From NCBI RefSeq assembly GCF_006345805.1, contig NC_043002.1:70742001-70806000 (forward strand): DNA of 64,000 nt, written 5' to 3'. Under the pieces are notes generated by a model. The model had not been told where the DNA came from, did not search any database, and saw only the letters and a list, made by a program, of their open reading frames with translations. The position numbers and the translations under genes were made by a program. Positions 14,541-27,239 of the stretch are shown here, in pieces (positions within the stretch are counted from its first letter, which is position 1; each line of letters starts with the position of its first letter). This DNA comes from Octopus sinensis (taxonomy: Eukaryota).

Positions 14541-15777
14541 TACCAATATTCGATATGACTTTCTGCAAAATATGAAACCGCCATCACAATAATATATGCA
14601 AAAATGTAATTATTTGTTTTGATTTAATATAAAATCAATTTCGAAAGAAAAATATCGCGTTAATTGATTAGACTATTTACTGTACTGCATTATACATTAT
14701 TACAGTATAGCATTTTATTTTGTTATTTCATAGCATCTCTAATGAGGAAGGTGAATTTCACTCCAACAAAACTTGCCGCTGCAATTTGTAAGGGTCGCAA
14801 GCAACACTTCTTAAGGAGTTCATTTTACAATTACATGGTTTAGGGTTGATATCAATTTTGCCTCACTTAAAGCAGGATTCTTCTGCGGTTTCAGCGGTAG
14901 ACAAATTATTAACCAAATCAGCCCCCTACAGTGAATTAAGAGGAGCCCATTCTGTTGCAACAACATAGGCCGTGTCACCCGTCTGGGACAGCCCCTTTCT
15001 TTTTCCTCTACAAATCTGAAGAGAGTCATAATGGCTGGTCTTCCGCTTTGAACAGAAATTTTGAAAACAAAAATAAATTAGTTAGAATTTCTTTTGATGC
15101 AGCACAAATGTTTTGCAAAGGAAAATTTATAGAAGCATTTAAAGTAGAACCTATGCATTACTAATGGTTATTAGATCAATTTCACAAAGGAAAGAGATAA
15201 GTTATACCCCAGCATAATTTAACATAAAATCTATGATAAGCTTTATTATGAAACAAATTAAAGCGGCTATTATTAAATTAATGCTGTTGTATTAGCAATA
15301 AAAATTGAATTCTATATCTAGAATACAACAAGATCTGACTTTAGTAAATGAGAGATAGTGTAGCACAGAATATTCTCTCGAGATAGAAAACTGTTTACTT
15401 GAAACCGTCACGAAATTGCTTATGTTGAAAGGAAACAAATCCAGTGTTGGGTTCAGAGTTGTTTTGAAAGTGTTACTATTCTAGAGCAATAAATGATTCC
15501 TATTGTATTCTGAGATGTTTAGAGAAATAAGACTGAAAGTGTTCATGTTAATGACTTAGCCCGTAATACTCAAACATGTACGGTTGCAATGAATGATCAA
15601 AGCACAAAGAGGAAGAATCCAGGCTATGTAACAACAATAATGATAAAAGTATCGTGTTTTTTTCCCCAAGGCACAACATTATACGAATCACTGCATTGAT
15701 ATTTAAAATAATACTATATATCCACACGCATGGACTTAAAGAAGTATGTAACACGCACACGCATACAGTAATGAAGT

Positions 15778-16160
15778 AGGCATAGGTGTGTGAATAAAGA
15801 GTTTACTTTGCTAGCAAGTAGTTATCAGTTCAATCCAACAGTGTGGTGCAGAAGGAAAGTGACTTCTATTATTGCCCCGGGTCGATCAATGGCTGGGAAG
15901 TGAATTTGGTCGGCAGAAACTAAGTGGAAATCCGTTGTAGACACAAATATGAGATTCATTTCTGTTTTTGTCTCAACACTCTCTGAAAAGTGGTGCTGAT
16001 TTGATTATCACCTCGCAGTGTTGCGGTTCGGCAAAAGAGAATGATGGAATCAGTAGGAGACTTAAAAGAAAATAAACACTGCGGTCGATTGATCTGATTA
16101 AGCCTTTTAAGTCGTTGCCCCCAGCATGGCCGCAATCGAATGCCTGAATCAAGTAAAACA
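15778..16160 (+). mobile_element. Degenerate family A SINE
   Basis: gcggttcggcaaaagag...cccagcatggccgcaatcgaatgcctgaatcaagtaaaa tail; decayed head. Confidence 0.75.
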
Positions 16161-17528
16161 ACTCAAAAGAATATAAAAGATAAACGGATATTTTTATATA
16201 TAACACGAAATATCAATCAGTTAAGCACAATATAAATGCCATGAAAATATTTTATATGAAGGAGAAATGGAAATTCTCTCGCTGATGGAATACACATGGC
16301 CATAATCATAACGAAAAGACTTTGACATTTGTTAAGAGTGTAGATACAAATATTTATCTACCTACCAGGTTGTTATCTCATTGTGAATTCATCCTGTGGC
16401 TTTTATTGAGGATTCTCTGTAACTTAAACTTGCAAGTTATGCAAATTACTTCTGTTCTTATGGAGAGATCTATCGCACCATGATTCGATCTATATACAAG
16501 AATTGACTACAGAATATGAAGTAAATTATAAATAATAGCTATAAGGTGGTATTTGTATATTTACTCTGGTTGTGCCAATGGCTGTGTCCCGTTGGCTATC
16601 ACGTTTTCCTGGTCACTAAGAGATGATGGTGATTTGATTATCTTGTTTTATTATTTTTACTTGCAAAGTATTGTTTACAAATATAGACCGATTAATATTG
16701 TTCCACCTCACGCACGCTCACGTATACACACACATACACACGCACACACACTTTCTGTCGCCCTTTGTCTCTATCACACACATATATTTATCCATATACG
16801 TATATATGAACACATTCACACAAATACACAAATACACATTCATTTCGAGCAACGAGTTATTCTAAAAAGCGTTGCCTGAAGCGAAATAAGAAATAAACAG
16901 CAAATAAAAATGCCTAGTTTTCTGGTAAGACGTTACGAACCGCTTAGTAGTTAAATGTAAACATGGCTGCGTTGCTAGAGAATAAATTTCTACAAGAATC
17001 ATAATGGGAGATTATGGTTATTAACTACGTGTAGGATAAAGTAAGAAGAAAACCAACTACGTAGACAAAAGTGGGAAACAAAATATTGTGTTTACGCTGT
17101 CGAAATAAAATTATTTAAAAATATAAGGTTAATACAAGTTACTGCTAACATAATTTATTTGAAAGTAAAGAGAAATACAGAGTTGATTTTATGGTAAGAT
17201 ATGGGGACCTTGTTTGCTGCAGCAATCTTGAGATATAGTCATGTATTTAAAAAGTTCGCATCGCAACTAAGTTGTTCTAGGACCGCTCACGCTAGAGAGC
17301 TGTTTGGGTTAATGACTGGTTCAATAACCCTGAGAGGACCAATGTAATGTAAACATATAAATCTCTTAGATAATCAGATTGAAATATTTATAAATATATA
17401 AGAAAAATTGGCTCCATCTTCTTTTCATTTCAATAGCGCAAGATATGAAGCGGTCTTGACAGCTATAAATATAGTCTTTCTCTTCTAAGCTGTGTAGGAA
17501 ATGTCATTTCAGTATATCAGTGTGTTTT

Positions 17529-17620
17529 AGGTTGGGGAACTGTCAGAATCGTTAGCGGGATTTCGTCTGTCTTTACGTTCCGAGTTCCTGGCGTTGATGC
17601 ATTCGACTTACCCATTCCCT
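17529..17620 (+). mobile_element. Family D SINE fragment
   Basis: cagaatcgttagcgggatttcgtctgtctttacgttccgagttc. Confidence 0.55.
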
Positions 17621-19629
17621 GGAATTTCTGGCATTGAGCCAAAATTTGAATTCAATATATCAAGGTGTTTTAAGAGACGTTGAGGATTCACAAATTATTT
17701 TCTCTTCCCTCAATACTTATATAATACACACCTTTTTTCTTTCTAACCTTATTTTCACCCACATCCTTAGTCTACGTCTCCTCCCTCTCTGTTTTGTGGG
17801 CACTTCTTTTCACTTTTAATATTTCACGGATTATTTTCTCTCATTTCCACATATTTCTCCCTCTTTCTCTCATCTTTCCCTATCCCACTACTCATTATCA
17901 GTGGAATATTGAAATCAATTGTAGTCTCTTTAACTGATACTGCTGTTTCACAAACACGTTTGTCCTTCGAGCAATTAATGAAATTATTATCATTAAAATA
18001 AGAAAACAACTATCAAATGATACACTGCAATGCACTCGGTGATGCCCTAAATCTTTTAGTTTCTTTTATTCAGTGTTTTGCAGCAAATTTCTCCTAAATG
18101 ACCATTAGATCAACGCATTAATGTAACGTTTTTCTTTTGATACCCATGCAATTTTTCGTTGGTAACTCATATAATAATTACTTTAATTCTTTTCCATCAA
18201 ACTCACTCTTTTCTTCTTCAAATTTGTCATTTATTTCGAAACTATAGTTGCACTTTTTGGCTCGATACCTACTCGTCATTACATTTTTCGATTTGCGTTG
18301 CGGTGTCAGGAAAACTCATATGTCCACAGAAACATACCTGACTACATATTTCAAATATCATGCCGACACAGGTCGTCAGCACATATTGCGCGTCCAGGTG
18401 GCCATCAGCAATTAGTCAGTGGCCATCCAGGTGGCCATCAGCAATTAGTAACAGATTTTGTTACTCTAATCATCGCATTTTTCCTACCAAAGAACTGTAT
18501 GAACATTTGATATGCAAGTGTGTGACAAATTATCCGAGCTTGTATTTTCTCAATTGTAAAAGCATTGAGGACAATTCAGTTTTGCTTTGCCTAGTTCAAG
18601 GAGCACGACTGTGGCATTCGCAATTCATTGGTAGGTCAGTTTCTTTTTCTCAAATCCAAACGTTTAAACAGCTTCAATTTCCGAAGCACCTTATTTTCTC
18701 ACACACTTTTAGCAGGCGGTATATTTTTGCCTAAATTTTGCATTCCTAAGTTTAGTGCGAAGCTAAATGTGTAGAAGTCAAAACTGGCTTTCCATTCAAA
18801 TTGCTATCATTAATATAATTTGGCAAACGTTGTATGTGCGCATGATTGTGTGTGTAGCAGGGTCATTTTTTTTAGCTAAAGAATAGCAAGAATTTTTCAT
18901 ACAGATGTTAGTGTTAATGCTAATGCAAATTTCTTTCCCATTTAGTGCAACAAATTTCATCAAAAACCAAAAGTCAATGACACCACTGATATCTTTTAGT
19001 GCGATATCCTTATTCCTCTGTCTTGAATAGTGTGGGATTAGTTCATGCGAAATTATTAGACCTGAAAAAAAAACAACTCACTTTCTCTCTTCACTTCATT
19101 CCCAGTTTTTTTCTCTCTCGCCTGCTAGCCTCCTTCTCTCGCATATGTGACAGTTCTAAGTAGAAAATACCAATTTTGTGACATAATGCAGACGTAATTG
19201 CATTCAGTAAAAATCCAAGATTAAACCATGGCCGCTAAAAGTCTTCTACCTCAAGTAAGAATCTAGTGAACCTCTCATATTTCTACGATTTTGTTAATTT
19301 AGCAAAGCTTGCCGGCTTCTGAGTATTTTTTACCTTGTTGTTGTAGACATAAACATTTCACTTTATAGCGCAAAATTGTTCTCATTGGAGCCATCATCGA
19401 TAGCAAAGTAATACTTAACGTATGTGTCTTGCCAAAATGCTTGCTCAATTTTATATTTGTTTTTCAAATGGTTTTCTTCGCTGTCATTTTTTTTCTTTCT
19501 GTATCTCGTAATTATTTTGTGGAGCGATTGGAAAGATATATTTTCTCAATTAAGTAGATGATGATGATGTTATTATTGACGATGGTGCTGATGATTGTAA
19601 CGAAAGCAACGACAATAACAATAATAAAC

Positions 19630-20140
19630 AAAAATTTCAAGTTTTGACAGAGAGCCAATTTTTGATGAGGTGAAGTCGATTCCATCGACCCAAGTACTTG
19701 ACTGGTACACATTTTATCGATCTCGAAAGGATGAAAGGCCACGTCGACCTCGGCACACTACCAAAATACTGTGGGATCTCTCACTTCAAGCCAATAGAAT
19801 GTTTGAGTACCACAAACCGGAACTAAGAGTGGTGGACAAAGTGGACCACATTTGCTCTATTATTGATGTTAAATGCCCATTTGACCTTCAGATATTTACG
19901 AAGGAATGCTGCAAAATAGAGATATTAAATCCTCCTGAATATGAAAAACGAGCGCGAATGTGGAAGAGGAAATGGTTAAAGGTAGTTCCAATCATTGTTG
20001 GAACCGTCGGGATAGTATCAATAGAGATTGAGAGGAACATAAGGGAAATCGAAATGGAGAGTCCGGTAGAGCTGATGCAAAACGTGTGCCTCATTGGCAC
20101 GGCTAGAATCTTCAGACATTTACAGAAAACAAATAGCATG
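19630..20140 (+). mobile_element. R4/Dong-clade LINE 3' fragment (restriction-like endonuclease)
   Basis: KILWDLSLQANR..YHKPELRVVDK...IIDVKCPFD...VVPIIVGTVG...MQNVCLIGTARI, typical of the R4/Dong RLE C-terminus. Confidence 0.75.
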
Positions 20141-20146
20141 GTATAA

Positions 20147-20450
20147 GAGGGTGCAAATAGCAGCCTACGGTACCATTCCCGGACCGGGCTGTGTGTCGTG
20201 TTCTTGAGTAAGACACTTCATTTCACGTTGCGCCAGTTCAATCAGCTCTAGAAATGAGTTGCGAAGTCACTGGTGCCAAGCTGTATCGGTGTTTTCCCTT
20301 CCCTTGGATAGCAAAAGTGGTGTAGAGAGGGGAGGCTGGTATGCATGGGCGACTGCTGTTCTTCCATAAAAACCTTGCCAGGACTTGCGCCACGGAGGGT
20401 AACTTACATGGTGAAATCCCATGGTTATTCGTGACTGAAAGGGGTCTTTA
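20147..20450 (+). mobile_element. SINE family C (central domain gtgttcttgagtaagacact...ttcacgttgc), 5' decayed
   Basis: Central domain shared with 43585-43746. Confidence 0.7.
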
Positions 20451-20776
20451 CTTTTTTCACCAGCCATTAGGGAGAGATAGAGAATAGGATTAAAAGTAAG
20501 AGTAAGAATAGAAGCATAATTAGACTTGCTAGTATACACAGCATAATGTCTGGGAACTAAATTATTAATTACATCTTACGTAATGATTTTCGATTTCCGT
20601 CCAACGTTTCGATAAAACAAGTTTTATTTAAATTAAGCTTCTGGCTGACACAAACTCAATTTTCGGCATATGAAGACCTATATGAGGTTTAGGTGTACAT
20701 ATGTATGTATGCATCTCTCTATCTATCTACACACACACACACATATATATATATACGTATATATATATACAGACAA

Positions 20777-20816
<40 letters not shown>

Positions 20817-21329
20817 GTATGTATATGTATATAAGCTTGGTGACTCTTTGTATGAGGAGTGTACATAGTACAAATTACGCGAGGGCGTTTATACATCTAT
20901 ATCCATAAACGAATACATGTGATAATGTTTTTCGCAGTATAGCATCTCGGTTTCTCTTTTGCATGTATTATTTTATTGTTGATCTTCCATACAAATGAAG
21001 CTATATCCTTTAACTTACTGATTTTCTTCACAACAAGTGAGAAATTACATTGTGGAACTGTTATTTTAAAGAGTTGTATCTATTTATGATGCGAAGAAAA
21101 AGCATCCGCACTGTCGGACGCGCCTGAACGAGTTATTAAGTCTCCCATCTTTGAGAGATCGATGCTAGATGTGTCGAAACATTTGTAGGGATTAATAAAA
21201 AACATTCATCTCTTCCATCTTTGGTATCATATTAAATAGATACATAGCGGACACTGTGAAAGTGACCGTGCTTTACCAGTTAGCTACCAGGTATAAACCA
21301 TTCGTTTTATTGCCTAATATCTAATATAT

Positions 21330-21377
<48 letters not shown>

Positions 21378-21655
21378 GTTTATACCAAAAATCATGATGA
21401 TAACGGAGGAACTAAAACAGATTTTACAACCTCAGGTATTTAAGATTACAACATTACTTTAAGCTATAACTTTTGCGTATGAAAAAATAATAACGTGTAA
21501 CTCGGAGAAACAGCGGTTCATAAAATAAGATTTAACTGGAATTTTTATTGTGACATTTGCTTTCTCTAGTTATTACTTTATACATCCATAAGCGATTAAT
21601 CCCGAAAAAATTTATTTATGCAAACACAATAGTATGTTATATTAATATAACTATC

Positions 21656-21704
<49 letters not shown>

Positions 21705-21711
21705 CAAATAA

Positions 21712-21780
<69 letters not shown>

Positions 21781-22623
21781 CTGCTTGCTTGCATACATGT
21801 ATGGACGTGTGTGTGTGTCTACGTATATATATATATGTGCGTGTGTATACGCGTGTATATATTTATATATATACTCATACATACACACAAACATATATTC
21901 ATATCTAACTGTATGAATTAAAACTTGGGAATTTAATTGTCTTGTGATTAATCGCCGTTCTTAGTGTCCTATGAAAAGTTACTAATTAATTTGGAACTAC
22001 ATTGTTATTCTTGCAGCTAAAGCAGGAAGCCAAACGGAGTTGAATGAAGAGGTTAATTAGCTGCATTTATTAATGGATTATATTTGGAATCCGATTAAAT
22101 ATACTTCTAACCCTGTCACACTGTTGTCAGCTGGTTCATTTATTGATCACGTGGTGCAAAGTTGCTAGTAGATGCTTAGGCGTTATGAAGTGTTTTGTTT
22201 GCACATACAAAAAGAGGGCAACAGCGTGGTATGAATTTATTTCATTTATTTTAATTGAAAATCGTAATTGATTAGGAGCTGCTGGATTGCCGTACTCTCC
22301 CAGGATTTATCTACAGACACGAAATTTTTTACTATGAAATTAACCACCTTGCTAAAACTAAAAAGTGTCATTTCATTTTATAATCTGTACGTTACAACTA
22401 ATGAGTTTCGTTAGTATTTAATACAACGGTATTACCCAATAATGTAAACACTCACGTTTTCTTATGTTAAAACATTTGTAATAATCTAACTGTTTGTAAA
22501 ACCTTAATCGATTGAACCTAGCCGGTTTTAGAAAGACTACACTCCATACATGTGGTCCTATATAAACGGAACACACGGCCTTTGCCTCTCAACGATTAAC
22601 AGATTTTCGTATAAGCATGTATA

Positions 22624-22857
22624 CAGGGTGTTCAAAATGTCTCTCCGCAGTAAGTATTTAATGGTTTTCAGGAGATCCTTGTACACTAATGCTTTACTTG
22701 CTCCCCAGGAAAAAAGGTCTAGCGGTGTTAAATCAGGTGATCTTGGTGGCCAAAATCCCTTCGAAATAATCTGTTCACCAAAGTACTCTTGAAGTAGCGC
22801 CATGGTGATGCGCAGGATGTAAACAATTCACTGTGGAGAGACTTTTTGGACACCCTA
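22624..22857 (-). mobile_element. Tc1/mariner-superfamily internal-deletion derivative (MITE-sized, 234 bp)
   Basis: About 28-bp TIRs (CAGGGTGTTCAAAATGTCTCTCCGCAGT vs TAGGGTGTCCAAAAAGTCTCTCCACAGT), TA on both sides, internal WPPRSPDLTPLD..WG..K..VY transposase motif. Confidence 0.8.
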
Positions 22858-23816
22858 TATTAATGTTGCGTAATTAATCCTTAATTTCTTGAAGTTGCTT
22901 CTCGTTTCTTTTACACTCGTTACCAATTATTTCTAAGTTTTTGCAATGTTTCTCCATTTTACATAGATATTTTATTTAACTGAGCATTTCTATACGTCCA
23001 CTCTTTAAATTTATCTACTTGAATCTATGCCCTACTTGAATTATTCCCCTTCGCAAATTTTATATATTATTTAAGTATATATATGTTTACATCAGTAGAA
23101 AGTAAGAAGTTATTCGTAGACAAGTTTCTCTGGTAGCTTACAGCTTTATACGCAACATTCATTTTCTCTAAGCTGACGTCGTTTTTGTTTATAATGAAAA
23201 ACAAATTTCGAGGAATGGTGTAAACGTAAATTAATCTACCTCCTTGCATTACTAAACAGCAAGAGAAAGTTTCACTAATTTTAATCAGAGGTTATTTTCT
23301 TGAAGAACGAATAATACATCGAGCAATGTACCCCTTAGATATATATCAAATGGCAGGAGGGACACAGAAAAAAGATATTTGGTTCGTAGACGTGTCCTTT
23401 AAGTAATGACCTGGTAATATACAGCAATAACTAAAAAACTTACAGTCATTTCAACCCAAGACATGGCGTACTCCTAGATACACTATGGCGGGAAAGAGAT
23501 GCAGTTCATTGTTACAAAGCCTTTTACCACAGATCAAAGACGGTGCTGAGAGAACTCTGAGTTCCGCCAGGGGCTAATGAATATCGCCTTTCCCATATTC
23601 CTCCTCCTCATCATCATCATCATCACGACCAACATCAACAATCAAAACAACAACAAAAATGAACTGATAACAACTAGAATCATATTATTGACTCCAAAAG
23701 GGATAAAGTCTAAATGTATCTCTAGAAATAATGCAGTTTTCTGTAAATTCTCTGAAACGTTCGACACAATTATAAAATAAAAAAGAACAGTAAATGATAT
23801 CTTTGTAAGAGAAGTG

Positions 23817-23817
<1 letters not shown>

Positions 23818-23866
<49 letters not shown>
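23818..23866. repeat. (CT)n microsatellite
   Basis: Directly visible. Confidence 0.95.
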
Positions 23867-23872
<6 letters not shown>

Positions 23873-24401
23873 TCCCTCTGTGCAAGAATGATCGGAAGAA
23901 TTAAACAACCCGGCTATCATTACACAACTAGAAAATATTTAAAAGCAAATTGAAGGCAATGGCTGTCCTTTATAATCATATTTTTCTCTTACAAAATTTT
24001 TTAGTACCGATCCTCATTTTCACATTAATGTGGTTTCAGACGAAGAATAGAACGTAATAGAATGTAATTCGTTCTGTTGGGTTACAACAAATAAATGAAT
24101 AACCAGGAGAAATATGATATTAACATACATTTTTTATACCTATTTATTGGCTGTATTAACCAATAACACTACTGTATGAAATATTGCTTTCATACGTGCA
24201 GTCAGCAACAATCGTAATTTAGACATTCGAGAGACGTTTGCGCTCTCTACATAATCTAACTCATTGAAGTAAGGCGCTGTAAATGCGGCACAAATTGTTT
24301 TGCGTCTTGTCGTTATTTCATTTTCTGTTTCGTAAAAATCATTTTCACATTATTTTCAATAAGTGCCATATAAAGACGTACACACTTATGAGTGTTCGTG
24401 T

Positions 24402-24445
<44 letters not shown>

Positions 24446-24466
24446 GTTGTGTTTTCATGTTTGGAT

Positions 24467-24525
<59 letters not shown>

Positions 24526-24576
24526 GTAGACACGCGTATATTCACAAATATATATACATTTCTGTGTATGTGTGTA

Positions 24577-24638
<62 letters not shown>

Positions 24639-24863
24639 CTATATATATCTATATATATGAATGTAAGTTTATATAACAATATATATATAACATCCTAGTG
24701 AAAATCAAATACAGAAAATATAACACATATTTGTAGACCAAGAGAGAAAATAGTTTAACAAAAATATACAAATCGATTTTGAGATGACATGAAAAACGCA
24801 ACCTTCACGCGTATGACCCACACAATACATACCACACCCATATATATATATATATATATATAT

Positions 24864-25172
24864 AGTGTCTTCTGCTATAGCTCCGGGCCGACCAATGCCT
24901 TGTGAGTGGATTTGGTAGACGGAAACTGAAAGAAGCCTGTCGTATATATGTATATATATATATGGGTGTGTGTGTATGTGTTTGTGTGTCTGTGTTTGTC
25001 TCCCTAGCATTGCTTGACAACCGATGCTGGTGTGTTTACGTCCCTTAGCGGTTCGGCGAAAGAGACGGATAGAATAAGTACTGGGCTTACAAAGAATAAG
25101 TCCCGGGGTCGATTTGCTCGACTAAAGGCGGTGCTCCAGCATGGCCGCAGTCAAATGACTGAAACAATTAAA
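24864..25172 (+). mobile_element. Family A SINE, 5'-truncated at a (TA)n tract
   Basis: High similarity to 2100-2410. Confidence 0.9.
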
Positions 25173-25249
25173 GGGGAGAGAGTGTGAGGGGAAGAGAAGT
25201 CGTTTCCTTAAGCCTGCCGTGCCAAGTGTCAAACTCTCCGTTTTGATTA

Positions 25250-25530
25250 CCTCCTTCTTCCCTCTTCCCCTTCCCTCTTTCTCTCTGCTCCCTCACTCCC
25301 CTTCTCTCTCTCTCTCCCCTTCTCTCTCTCTCTCCCCTTCTCTCTCTCCCCTTCTCTCTCTCTCCCCCTCTCCCTCTATCCTCCCTCCTCCTCTCCCCTC
25401 CTCTTCTCCTCTTCTTCCTTCTCCCCTTCCCCCTCCTCTTCTCCCCTTCTCCCCTCTTCTCCCCTCTTCTCCCCTCTTCTCCCCTTTCTTTCCCCCCTCC
25501 CCTCCCCCCTCTTCCGTCATCTCCTCTCTC
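25250..25530. repeat. About 280-bp polypyrimidine/polypurine tract
   Basis: Almost exclusively C/T on the + strand. Confidence 0.9.
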
Positions 25531-25646
25531 TACACTACACCATACGACTTTACACATCACATCATATATACATACACACGTCCAGACCTCTCATACGCAC
25601 TAATACTCTCTCATACGCACTAATACTCTCTCATACACACACACAC

Positions 25647-25980
25647 TCTTATGTTGGAGCGAGGTCATTTAACCCTATTATCTCCCTTAATTTCGCTCTT
25701 GCGTCTCACGTTTGATCTTTGACTTCTGGCCGAAATCAGATCGCCATGTTGATTCGCTAGCCTCTGCACGCATTTATTTTCTCTCCTTCTTTCTGTGTTT
25801 CTTCTCTGTGAATCTTTCTGTTGAAGAGCGTAGGCTCGAAACGTTAAAGACTTGTTTTATTCATATTTCCTGAGCGCCATACTAATACAATTGTTTGTTT
25901 GTATTCCACCTGCCTTCGTCTTTTGTTTATTTCCGTAAACCTGCCTTCGTCTTTTGTCTATTTTCATAAAGCTTCCCGTT
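25647..25980 (+). mobile_element. Short PLE pLTR-like element, family F
   Basis: Shares gaagagcgtaggctcgaaacgtt and downstream ttcc.gagc...aatac....tgtttgt with 61470-61680(-) and 58076-58280(-); ends at (TA)n. Confidence 0.6.
25813..25850 (+). ncRNA. Minimal hammerhead-like motif (variant core), family F copy 1
   Basis: TCTTT-CTGTTGAAGA-G(cgtaggct)C-GAA-ACGT-T-AAAGA: 5-bp stem I, palindromic stem III ACGT, GUU triplet; junction 10 nt instead of 7. Confidence 0.4.
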
Positions 25981-26008
25981 ATATATATATATAAATATCC
26001 ATATATAC

Positions 26009-26075
<67 letters not shown>

Positions 26076-26199
26076 TACACACACACACATATATATATAA
26101 ATATATAAATTGAATAGTAACAGTAGAAAATTATATTGAATTAAAACCATCGGCTTAGCATGTTTAAAAAATACGAAGATTAGAAATTGTGTTACATTC

Positions 26200-26408
26200 A
26201 AAATTAAGAGAGATGACAAATAAAGTGGACACCTAATACGCTAATCATATACGTCAAGTCGCCATAACCACGAAGAGTGTATTCTCAAGAAACATCTCAG
26301 CAAAACGCCTAACTTTTTCTTGAGTATACACTCTTCGTGGTTATGGCAATTTGACGTATATGTTTAGCGTATTAGGCGTCCACTTTAAAGGTCACCCCTC
26401 TTAATTTT
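26200..26408. repeat. Inverted repeat, about 93-bp arms and about 22-bp spacer
   Basis: aaaattaagag...ctcaagaaa vs tttcttgag...ctcttaatttt, roughly 85-90% complementary by eye. Confidence 0.9.
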
Positions 26409-26483
26409 GCATATATGAATATATATATATATATAGATAGATATATATATATAAATAGAAATAAACAACAAGAATGACACCGG

Positions 26484-26577
26484 TAATTTGGTACGATCGT
26501 TTCGTACTACATCATTTTATTAAATGCTGTAAGTATTACAACAGTTTTATAATGCTGAGCACTCATCAGCCAATTAT
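26484..26577 (-). ncRNA. Type-I hammerhead ribozyme, canonical core, long stem II
   Basis: Minus strand: taattgg-CTGATGA-gtgct...(about 55 nt)...agtac-GAA-ACGATCGT-A/ccaaatta; stem II closes gtgct:agtac; predicted cut GUA between 26492 and 26491. Confidence 0.75.
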
Positions 26578-27091
26578 AGAGGTTTTCCATTAATATAAAA
26601 ATTTTCATATCAAGTGGCAACCTTATAGAGAAGGTAGATACGTAGACAAAGATGTGGATTTAAATTTTAAGAACATTTGAGGTAGTGGAGCCCATCAACT
26701 GACTGACTAAGATTCGGTTGTTCCAGATTATTGTAAGGTTCTGAGAGGGAAGAACAAATGAAAATAGACAATAAAGATTTTCTAACTATAGAAATGGGAT
26801 AAAGGGGATGTCATGGCTTCATATAACGAATTTATGTGGAAGACAGCATTGTCAGAACTAAATGCCAATTACTACTATTTGATGAACGGATTCAGCGTTA
26901 GGAGAACTAGGTCAAAGTTTTCCTTATAAATAGATAGCTATATAGATAGAGAGAGAGAAAGATAAATAATTATATATATATATATATAAATATACGTAAA
27001 TATATGTATATTTAAATATATATATATATACATATTATCCATATATTATATATATGTAAATATATATGTATATAAATATATAAATGTATAT

Positions 27092-27150
27092 AAATGGCGG
27101 TGTCCCAGCATGGCCACAGCTCAAGAGCTGAAACTGGAAAAGATAAACAA
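27092..27150 (+). mobile_element. About 55-bp 3'-terminal fragment of the CR1/L2-group LINE inserted in (TA)n
   Basis: aaatggcggtgtcccagcatggccacagctcaagagctgaaac nearly identical to the LINE tail at 60443-60485. Confidence 0.8.
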
Positions 27151-27160
27151 ACATAATATA

Positions 27161-27191
<31 letters not shown>

Positions 27192-27239
27192 AACACATAT
27201 TTATATATGTATATATATGCATGTATATATATATATATA

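Noticed and set aside
21150-21195. tccc-ATCTTTGAGA-gat..gtc-GAAACATTTGTA-ggga hammerhead-like arrangement
   Set aside because: Core too degenerate to call from one copy, although it may be another decayed pLTR ribozyme next to (TA)n.
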